A stretch of DNA of 60,000 nucleotides, taken from contig NC_086097.1 of the NCBI RefSeq assembly GCF_963921235.1, forward strand, positions 196,108,001 to 196,168,000, read 5' to 3'. The position numbers and the translations under genes were made by a program. This DNA comes from Mobula hypostoma. Lineage: Eukaryota. A model generated the notes under the pieces. That model was not told the DNA's origin. It made no database searches and worked only from the letters and a program-made list of their open reading frames with translations. This document shows, piece by piece, positions 50,091 through 60,000 of this stretch (positions are counted from its first letter, which is position 1; each line of letters starts with the position of its first letter).

Positions 50091-52084
50091 AAGTCATCCC
50101 TACAATTGCCAAGATCCTTTTTCGTAGCAGATACCTTTTCCCCTCCCCCTGAACTGCACAGTTGGGAGCTGGGAACATGAACCAGATTCACCTCCTCACT
50201 CACTGAATCAGTAAAATGGCTGGCGGTTGTTCTCTCTCCTGCCACAGCTGTGATGCTCCCCCACGCACTCGCTGTCTTTATTCATTTCCAACCTGTAAAC
50301 AGTTCCCAGGAATGCAATGCAGTCATAACCACAGGATTGCATGTGGTTAATATTTTCAGTGATCCTTCATTCCTGCCCCCCCCCATTAGAACTGCACACC
50401 CCTCTACACTTTCCATGTCCTTAATGACCTCTTGAATCTCCTCCTACATTCAGAATCAGAATCAGCACTGGCACGTGACGCGAAATTTATTAACTTGGCA
50501 GCAGCAGTTCAATGCAATATCGCATTCGTTGAGAGTACTGCTGCTACTCGAGTTGCGCCTAGGCACCCCAGACAATCCTCAACCTGTCTGCATCTCCTCA
50601 GCCCCTCCATCTCTCACCTCATCTCCTCCCCACTGTATTACCCCTAATCCTGCATTTCTTCATGCATAATCTCATTCCCAGAGAAATCATCATTTTCTCC
50701 CAAATCCCACCATTCTTTTCTCTGGTCTTAACAATTTTCTACCACCACTATCTCCACAACATCCCTTCTCCTGATGTCCTCACTGCAGCCCTCTTAATTT
50801 TCCCATAATCTCCAAAGATACTTTCTTTCCCAGTTATCTCCCCCATAATCTGCTCCCCATTCCTCTGATTATACTTCCCTGGTTGTTTTCTCCCATGACA
50901 TCCTCACCCTCTCCAGTTCCTTCTCAACTCCACCATAACGGGACATTGCAGAGACAAAGACTACTGAGCTAGTCAACGGTAAAATCTACTGCACATGATA
51001 CTTAAAGTCTTGCCCCACTTCCTTTTCAGCTTTCTGGTTTCTATTTGCATCTTATTTTTCTCAATGGTACAGTTTCTGTTTTTCCCAGTCGGCCAATCAC
51101 TCAAAACTCTGTGTGCAGAAAGGGAAGAAAGGGATTTGGAAAATATAAAACATATGCTTAAGAAGTTAATTGTGGAGGAATGTATTTATCAGAGCTATGC
51201 AGTTGAACGTCAGCATTTTTATATATAAATTACAAACTCAGCCGTTCTGCAGGAATCATATATTTTGCAAAGTTTGACCCAGCACTTCCCTCACATTATG
51301 AGTTATAACATATTGTATGTTTAACTGTTTAACATACCTGTACAAGGAAGGATGTCTAACTTGAAACAAGTGCAGCTGAAATTGGATCGGATTTGGACTG
51401 TTCTTAGAAAATTATCATTCATTTTCTGAGACCATATATTCACAGCATTTTATTCACTGAAACTGCATGTTCAAAGGGCCATTCATTGGGTTCATGCTAA
51501 TACGCTGTCATTAGAATTCTAACTGGTCATTCAGACAGTCAACTGCAACCTCTCAGAGCTACTTTAGGTCAGACAGCTATGTTATGAATAGAGTTTCAAC
51601 ACAAACTATTGGACAATTTTCAAAACAGTTGTTTGTTTTATTGCTGATTAAGGCAAAACATATTGAAGTCTGTGATTCTCAACTAAATCTGTATAGACTT
51701 TCTGTTAATCCTTGAACTTGGCAAATCAGTATGGCAGTACAGAACTTATGACACAAAGCCACTGCTGTGTAAAGCAATCATTTGATGTGTGGGCCATCAC
51801 CAATGCAAAAATTATAGATAACAAAGGTAAAAACCCACAAGCATCTTTGGTGTCCTTTTTTCAAATTCATAGTTACCTTTGGATCACACTCATGTTTGCA
51901 TAATTGTTATGGGACCATTGGCAGCAAGGCAGGCTAAAACTAGCCAAACATATTGAATACATCAGGCTAAAATGAAGATGGATGTATATAAAGACATAAG
52001 CATATCTTTACAGCATATGAATTATTTTATATACTGTACTTCCAATAAAACTACATACTTGTCTGTTGGAAATTCATCTCAAAT

Positions 52085-52620
52085 ACAGTGACTTACCTCC
52101 TGTACCTGATAAAGTGGCCATGGAGTCTTCATTCATGGCCTTCTGCTACCGGAGCCCATTCACTTCATGGTTCAACATATTCTGCATTTAGATATTCTTC
52201 TGCACACCTCTGTTGTAACACAGAGTTATTTGAGTTACTGCTGCCTTCCTGTCAACTTGAACCAGTCTGGCCATTCTTCTGGCCTCTCTTATTAACAAGA
52301 CATTTTCACCCACAGAACTGCTGCTCACTGGATTTTTTTTTGTCTGTTTTTCTCTATAAATTCTAGAGACTTGTGCTTGAAATCCCAGGAGATCAGCATT
52401 TTTTGAGATACTCAAACCACCCTGTCTGACATCAACAATCATTCCACACACGGTTACTTAAATCACATTTCTTCCCCCATTCTGATGTTTTGGTCTGAAC
52501 AACAAACGAACCCCTCAACCATGTCAGCAGGTTTTATGCATTGAGTTACTGCCATATGATTGGCTGATTAGATATTTGCATTAACCACCATCTGTACCCA
52601 ATCAGGTGGCTACTGAGTGT
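52085..52620 (-). mobile_element. Internally deleted Tc1-like element retaining the transposase N-terminal HTH
   Basis: ORF 52188-52451 GMIVDVRQGGLSISKNADLLGF...RRMARLVQVDRKAAVTQIT; TIR-like end tgtacccaatcaggtggctactgagtg|TA. Confidence 0.8.
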
Positions 52621-52794
52621 AGTTAGAATTACGCAGTAATAACCAAAGCTGAAATACAGAGTGGGTTTCCAAGTTAGAGGTGCTAGGCCTGCTTAAAATT
52701 GGACCCAGATCTCATTTTGTAGCTATTGTAATCCTCCTGACCTTCACAGGGCAACTCAGCCAGTGTTTGTGCCTCAGTTTTGACCAGTAATCCT

Positions 52795-55520
52795 CTCAGA
52801 ATCAGAATCAGGTTTACTATCACTGACAGATGTTAAGAAATTTGTTGTTTTGTAGCAGCAGTACAGAGATTACATAAAATATAAGTTATGATAAGAAATA
52901 TATACAAAAAAAGTAGAACGAAATGAGGTCGTGTTCATGGACCATTCGGAAATCAGAATCGGAATCAGAATCAGGTTTATTATCACCAACATTTGACGTG
53001 ACGTTCATTAACTTAGCAGCAGCAGTTCAATGCAATACATAATCTAGCAGAGAAAAATAATAAATAAACAAACAAATAAAAATGAATATATAATAGTATA
53101 TGTATATTGAATAGATTAAATATGAGCAAAAAACAGAAATACTGTACATTAAAAAAGTAAGGTAGTGTCCAAGGGTTCAATCTCCATTTAGGAATTGGAT
53201 AGCAGAGGGGAAAAAGCTGTTTCTGAATCACTGAGTGTGTGCCTTCAGGCTTCTGTACCTCCTACCTGATGGAAACAATGAGAAAAGGGCATGCCCTGGG
53301 TGCTGGATGTCTTTAATAATGGATGCTGCCTTTCTGAGACACCACTCCCTGAAGATGTCCTGGGTATTTTGTAGACTAATACCCAAGATGGAGCTGACTA
53401 GATTTACAACCCTCGGCAGCTTCTTTCGGTCCTGTTCAGTAACACCACCCCCCCATTCCAGATAGCGATGCAGCCTGTCAGAATGCTCTCCATGGTATAT
53501 CTATAGAAGTTTATGAGTGTACTTGTTGACATGCCAAATCTCTTCAAACTCCTAATGAATTATAGCCACTGTCTTGCCTTCTTTATAACTACGTCAATAT
53601 GTTGGGACCAGGTTAGATCTTCAGAGATTTTGACACCCAGGAACTTGAAACTGCTCACTCTCTCTACTTCTGATCCCTCTATGAGGATTGGTGTGTGTAC
53701 CTTCATCTTTCCCTTCCTGGAGTCCACAATCAGCTCTTTCATCTTACTGACGTCGAGTGCCAGGTTGTTGCTGTGGCACCACTCCACTAGTTGGCATATC
53801 TCACTCCTGTATGCCCTCTCGTCACCACCTGAGATTCTACCAACAATGGTTCTATCGTCAGCAAATTCATAGATGGTATTTGAACTATGCCTGGCCACAC
53901 AGTAATGCCTATATAGAGAGTAGAGCAGTGGGCTAAGCACACACCCCTGAAGTGCGCCAGTGTTGATCGTCAGTGAAGAGGAGATGTTATCACCAATCTG
54001 CACAGACTGTGGTCTTCCAGTTAGGAAGTTGAGGATCCAATTGCAGAGGGAGGTACAGAGGCCCAGGTTCGGCAACTTCGCAATCAGGATTGTGGGAATG
54101 ATGGTATTAAATGCTGTGCTGAGCTATAGTTGATGAACAGCATCCTGCCATAGGTGTTTGTGTTGTCCAGATGGTCTAAAGCCATGTGGAGAGCCATTGA
54201 GTTTGCGTCTGCCGTTGACCTATTGTGGTGATAGGCAAATTGCAATGGGTCCAGGTCCTTGCTGAGGCAGGAGTTCAGTCTAGTCATGACCAACCTCTCA
54301 AAGCATTTCATCATTGTCAATGTGAATGCTACGGGGCAAGTTATTAAGGCAGCTCATGTTATTCTTCTTAGGCAGGGGTCCCCAACCTTTTTTGCACTGC
54401 GGAGCGGTTTAATATTGACAATATTCTTGCGGACCGGCTGACAGGGGTGAGTGGTGTTCAAGTAGGGTTGCCAACTTTCTCACTCCCAAATAAGGGACAA
54501 AAGTAGCAGTCAAATACGGGACACTTGTGTTTACCCTAAGAAAGACTACCATGACCATGAAGCCTTGCGCGGGCACCTGTGTGCGCATGTGTGACGTGCC
54601 GATTTTTTTCTACAAATCAGTTTTGGCTTAATCTTCCCAATTCTGTTAAGTGAAACTACACTGTACATACATTATTTCTACTTTATATAGGCTGTGTATT
54701 TATCATATCATTCCTGCTTTTACTATATGTTAGTGTTATTTTAGGTTTTATGTGTTATTTGGTATGATTTGGTAGGTTATTTCAAGTTCAACAGTGCATG
54801 ACAGAGAATGAGGAAAGGTGCAGCTGACTCATATTGTTTCATATCGCCAAATCATATTGTTTCCTCGCAGCCTGGTAGCACATGCTTTGCGGCCCGGTCG
54901 TTGGGGACCACTGTTCTTAGACACTGGTATAATTGTTGCCTTTTTGAAGCAAATGGGAACTTCTGCCCATAGCAGCGAGAGGATGAAAATGTCCTTGAAT
55001 ACTTCAGCTAGTTGGTTGGCATATGTTTTCAGAATCTTACCAGGTACTCCATCGGGACCTTCTGCCTTGTGAGGGTTCAATCTCTTTAAAGACAGCCTAA
55101 CATCGGCCTCTGAGACAGAGATCACAGATGTCATGAGGTGCAACAGAGATCTCCACAGCTATAGTTGTGTTCTCCCTTTCAAAGCGGGCTTAGATGGTGG
55201 ATGGGAAGAAATCTGTTCCCAAAGCATTGTGTGGGTCTATAGGCTTCTGTACCTCCTCCTTGAAGGTAGTAATGAGAAGAGGACATGTCCTGTGTAGTGG
55301 GTACTTCGTGAAGGATGTTGCCTTTTTGAGGCATTGCCTTTTGAAGATGACCTCGATGTCAGTGCCCATGATGGAACTGACTGAGTTTACAACCCTCTGC
55401 AGTTTTTCCTGAATTCGTGCATTGATGCCTCCATACCTGGGATGCAACTGGTTAGAATGCTCTCCAGACTACATCTGTAGAAATTTGGTATGTCTTTGGT
55501 GACATACCAAATCTTTTCAT
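52795..55520 (-). mobile_element. Rex1/Babar LINE pieces (main copy about 52950-55190) interrupted by a hAT MITE
   Basis: ORFs 53560-54075 ([22 protein letters not shown]), 54084-54320 (DPLQFAY) and 54829-55143 (KAEGPDGV); (cagaat)n tail. Confidence 0.92.
54373..54913. mobile_element. hAT (Charlie-type) MITE with 8-bp TSD
   Basis: TIRs CAGGGGTCCCCAAC / GTTGGGGACCACTG; TSD ttcttagg (54365-54372) / ttcttaga (54914-54921). Confidence 0.88.
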
Positions 55521-55783
55521 CAACAGAAATGAACCTTTGGAAAGCTCGTTGATCATTCTCCTTCCTTCCAACTCAACAGGAATATATTTTTAACAATGGG
55601 TTTAATTGGTGGAATTCTGAATATGCAGAGCCAAACGAGGCCAATTAGCAAGAGAGTACAAGTAGAAAGTGTGTTTTTAAAAATTATTGTCATTAAGTAA
55701 AGGTGGCGTAAATTATGTCTTTAGCAGATTTGGTATGGTTAAAATATGTTGAAAATGCAATTTCTCTATTTCTCTGCTGCTAC

Positions 55784-56013
55784 TGAAGCACCTTCAATAA
55801 CTCCAAAAGACTGAGGTTTGGTAAAATACTGAAAGGCTTTTATTCGCTGTACAATACGACCTCCACCGTGAGTGTCTGCCCCCGGACTGAGGGGGAGGGG
55901 CAAGGCGAAACACCTTTATACAGGACCCTGTGGGAGGAGCCACAGGGGCAGTCAGCAGAGGGGCGTGTCCAGACAGTTAACCCAGTTACAACATATATAC
56001 ATATGTTATATAT
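55784..56013 (-). mobile_element. Short solo LTR
   Basis: Minus strand has TATAAAGG (55913-55920), then AATAAA (about 55840), and ends ...ggtgcttCA; gctac is duplicated on both sides; GC/CpG-rich relative to its flanks. Confidence 0.65.
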
Positions 56014-56991
56014 GCTACTTATCCATAGAATGAATTTTCCACCAGAACTGAAAGTAGAATTTAAAGCAAAAATGTTTAATTATCACAAATATTTGCATTA
56101 AAAAATGGAACACTTAATGATTTCATGTTTAAGGATATTACTGTAGAATCTAATCCTGTTCCTAGACCTCTAAACAAGCTTCCTGTAGTCTTTTCCACAT
56201 ACAAGAGAGCATTGTTTGAAGTTTATCATAATCACGTTGGGTATTGTGGAATGGATACTTCTTTCCATAAGGAATATATAGCTTGTAATTTCTTTGAGTG
56301 TCTAAGTGATTAAAACTGCCGTAAAGGAATGAATGACATAACAAGATTCTTTTGGCATGAAGCTGATGTAAACTAGTTCAGGACACCAAAATGGTGTCCT
56401 TTGGTTGGCGTGGGCTTGTTGGGCCAAAGGGCCTGTATCCATTCTGTATTGCTCTGTGGCTATGACTAAGGTATTCTGCCCTATGCATAAACTACTATTT
56501 TATATAAAAATCATTCAAAACTAGTGTTACTGAAGTTTTAATCTAGAAGCTCTGAATCTTCCCTTGACATTCAAGTAATGTTATAGTCGTGCCACATAGG
56601 TTTAATACCTCTGCTAAATCCTGAGCCTATGCTCTTAGAAATTGCTATTGTTTACAAGTCTTCTTTCAATCTCTTTCTGGGAAGCATTGTCCTTGGAGGG
56701 CCTTTGAGAAAATAATATGATATTTTTCGGAATATAACTTGTAATTGTCAAAAATATCCATCATTATGCATGTGCCATAAGCAAATTATAAGCCAGAAAG
56801 CTGAAGAGAAACCTCATTATAGAGACAATGACATTCTGGAGTCATAGAAAGACACAGCATGGAAACGGTAATCCTACCGCAACCTATTTTATTTACTTCA
56901 TATTCCCATCAACTCAAAGTTCAAAGTAAATTTATTATCGAAGTACATATATGTCACCTTACACAGCCCTGAGATTCATTTTTTGCAGGTA

Positions 56992-59570
56992 TCTATACTT
57001 TACTAAAATTCTCATTCTGTTCATCTGTTTGTTGGTTTGTCTGTTTGTGCCTTCAAATTAGCCCCAAAAGCTGCATTAAAGTGGCACTTTTTTTGACTAA
57101 ATGGACTTAAAATGCGCTAACTTACAGAATGCATACAAAGGTCAGGGTTATCTTCTTTTAAAATTGCTCACTCGTCAACAGGCCCCGCTTTCCACACCCA
57201 ATTCCAGCTTCCATGGAAACCATGACGCGACACCACGACGCATGCACACGGCCAGCCTCAGCAGCACCTCACGATGCTCACAGCAGTGACACCAACCACA
57301 GCAAAAGGGCAGGGCAGCTCTATTTTGAATGGTCACATTCTGCTAATCACCATCAGCATGTGCAGGATTGGGACAGATAAAACTGTGATCCATGAATAAG
57401 AGATAATTAAATCTTATTGTATTGAAGTACTTCAAAACACACTATTCCCAGATTCTACACTTGGACTAATAAGAGATAGGAAAGAAGGAGAATGGGGAAA
57501 AGGGTGGAGGACTACTCCGGGATTTCTGAAGCAAATGTTCTGGGTCCAGTGTATAATGTTTCTCCACGAAATGGTGACCTCTACTATTTGAGACTTCTTC
57601 ATCACATAAAGGGGCCAGTATCTTTCAAATCATTGAAAACACATGATGGAGATGTCCTTCCATCATTCAAAGACGTCTGCAGAGAGAGAGGATTGTTGCA
57701 AGCTGAAGATCATTGGCAGCAAACTATGGAAGAGGCAGAGAGAACAAGAATGCACAGAGCAGTGAGAGATTTGTTTGTCATCTTGCTAACAAACACTGAA
57801 ACAATCCACAGCAATTATGGAACCGGTTCAAGAATGCAATGTCTGAAGATTTCTTAGAAATGGAGAGGAGAACTATCAATGATCCTAATATCATGATCGA
57901 TGAGAGGCATCATGGACAAGCTCTTCTGCATCTCCAAGAGAAACTTGAGAACTTGGGCAAAACACTCGAAGAATATAACTTGCCGACATCAAGAAACGGT
58001 ACAATTACTCGAAGTGCTGGCAATCTGGAATTTTTGTGCGAACTGCAATACAACAGAGACAAACAGCAGGAATTTTTTTCACAGAAGGAACCCCAATTGA
58101 ATAATGAGCAAAGAGAGTTATATGAATATGTGTGCGACTGCTTGGAAAGGAATCTCTCCTCAATGATTTTCATTGATGCACCAGGAGGAACGGGCAAGAC
58201 ATTTATCATCAACTTGATCCTCGCTAAAGTTAGGGGAGATGGAGGTGTTGCTATTGCTGTAGCATCATCCGGTATTCCAGCAACATTGATGCCTGGTGGT
58301 AGGACAGCACATTCAAGATTCAAGATACCCCTCAAAGTCAATGAAGATGCCTTTTGTAACATCGATAAAAACACCAATACTGCTAATTTACTCCAAAATG
58401 CGCGGCTTATTGTCTGGGATGAGTGCCCCATGATTAGGAGGGAGAGCTTCGAAGCCATGGACCGGACTCTTCATGATGTATGCGGCAAGAATGAGGCCTT
58501 CGGGGGTATTTTAACCATTTGCTGTGGCAATTTCTGTCAATTTCTAGCAGTTGTGAAACAAGGAAATAATGCTGATGTGGAGAATTCATGCATAAAAAAC
58601 TCCTACTTATGGAGAAGCTTCATCAAGTTTCAATTGCAGAGAAACATGCGATTGAGTGAGGGAGAAGGACGGTATTCTGGGTTCTTATTGGATGTTGGAG
58701 AAGACAAGATTGCGAAAAGTTAAAACGATGAAATCGAATTACCTGAAGATATGATTCTGCCAGCAAAAACTATGGAAGAAAGTATTGATTTCATCTACCC
58801 GACATTCGACAATCCTGCAGAACTGTTCTCGAAGAATTCTATCTTGGCTCCTCTTGATGAAATGATGCAAAAAATAAACTTCACATGCATTAGACACTTC
58901 CCTGGAATCATGAAAGAATACTGTTCCTTCAATGGCGTAAGCGAAGGAGCTAACGCCACTCATTTTCCAACAGAATTCCTTGATTCGGTTGAACTCTCTA
59001 GATTGCCACCACGTAAACTGGAATTGAAGAGGGGATCTCCCATCATTTCAGTGGGGAACTTGGATCCACCAGGGCTGTACGACAATCTCATCGTAGCAAC
59101 AATATATATTGGTGTGTTCAAAAATGACGTTGTCATGATCCCAAGGTCAGAAGGGGAAGATGTCCCTCTTCAGCGGAGCCAGTTCCCGATACAGTCATGC
59201 TTTGCTATGACTATACATAAGGCGCAAGACCAAACCATGGAGAATGTGCAGATTTTTCTGGAGAAACCGGTATTCCAGTATGGTCAGCTGTATGTGGCTT
59301 TTAGCCAGGGAAAGAGAAATGAAAGCAGTAGAGTATTCATGAAGGGTGGCAGATCAACCAGAAATGTTGTCATCAAAAGTGTCCTTCGTTAAACAAGGAG
59401 GAGCTATATTTGTCTTGCTACGCATCTTTCTTCTTTAATAAACTGATTTTTTCTTCTTTAATTTCCAAAGCAAAGCGATAGCAATAGCATTCAGGGAAAT
59501 TTAATGTTCATTCTGGTCACATCAGACCTTTCTCACAAAGGGTGCCCCAACGGGTCACCTGGTTGTTTGG
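56992..59570 (+). mobile_element. Helitron (rolling-circle transposon), internally deleted, 2579 bp
   Basis: A|TC 5' end; 3' hairpin GGTGCCCC-AAC-GGGTCACC (59541-59559) 11 nt before a TTGG|T end; no TSD; encodes RepHel C-terminal helicase remnants. Confidence 0.9.
57492..59392 (+). pseudogene. Helitron RepHel C-terminal part: PIF1-family SF1 helicase, disrupted
   Basis: LYYLRLL..IKGPVSF, Walker A FIDAPGGTGKTF, GGRTAHSRFKIP, IVWDE, QFPIQSCFAMTIHKAQ and GQLYVAFS; frameshift near 57800-57840 and an in-frame TAA at 58721-58723. Confidence 0.9.
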
Positions 59571-60000
59571 TACTCAATAAATCCATAACAGAATAATAAC
59601 CATAATAGAATCACTGAACAACCGCACCAACTCGGGCATTCATTCAGTCCGCAAATGGCAACAAGCTGTGCAAGTACAAAAAGAAAGAAATAATAATACA
59701 TAAATAAGCAATAAATATCTAGAACATGAGATAAAGAGTCCTTGAAATTAGGTCCATTGGTGTGGGAGCATTTTAGTGATGGGGCAAGTGAAGTTAGCCC
59801 CTTTGGTTCAAAAGCCTGATGGTTGAGGAGTAATAATTGTTCCTGAACCTGGTGGTGTGAGTCCTGAGGACCCTGTACCTTCTTTCTGGTGGCAGCGGCG
59901 AGAAGAGAGCATGTCCTGGGTGGTGGGGGTCCCCGATGATGGATGCTGCTTTCCTGTGACAACACTTCACGTAGAGGTACTCAGTAGAGGGGATGGCTTT

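Larger units (their letters stand above)
56912..60000 (-). mobile_element. Rex1/Babar LINE 3' region split by the Helitron (56912-56991 plus 59571-60000)
   Basis: tcaaagttcaaagtaaatttatt tail, same family as 212-270 and the 39590 tail; 3' UTR and ORF end resume at 59571. Confidence 0.85.

Noticed and set aside
50560..50945. Pyrimidine-rich strand-biased tract
   Set aside because: Low complexity with no periodic unit or ORF that I can define; cannot be assigned.
57910..58458. 182-aa antisense ORF
   Set aside because: Shadow of the helicase reading frame with no independent motifs.
57839..59392. Host PIF1 DNA helicase gene
   Set aside because: Intronless, disrupted, bounded by Helitron termini and carrying Helitron-specific upstream motifs; not the cellular PIF1.
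1..60000. CRISPR arrays, rRNA, operons or prokaryote-type defence systems
   Set aside because: No regularly spaced repeats or gene-dense organisation; the window is eukaryotic intron, and the RTs are LINE-type rather than retron or group II type.

Overview
Vertebrate, repeat-dominated intronic DNA. The repeat inventory (CR1 and Rex1/Babar LINEs, V-SINEs, Penelope-type palindromes) suggests a cartilaginous fish, probably a ray; this is an inference. The only host-gene feature I can support is a 51-bp coding exon at 2508-2558 (+) that matches exon 2 of COLEC12 (collectin-12/CL-P1; DDYSEEEEVHSMGYKRFG). The ORF track misses it. I found no exon 3, so the rest of the window is probably the long intron 2. 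Nearly all long ORFs are transposon remnants: many nested CR1 LINEs, Rex1/Babar LINEs, solo LTRs, tRNA-derived SINEs, Tc1 and hAT elements. The most notable items are (i) a precisely bounded 2.6-kb Helitron with a PIF1-type helicase but no Rep domain, inserted at an A^T site in a LINE tail, (ii) a palindromic Penelope-type element with a hammerhead-ribozyme-like core, (iii) two adjacent mini-MITEs that each carry Tc1 DNA at their centre, and (iv) a four-level nested insertion with readable target-site duplications (TSDs). I see no evidence for a new protein-coding system. The candidates for novelty are in mobile-element architecture. Repeat boundaries without a stated TSD or terminal inverted repeat (TIR) are approximate.
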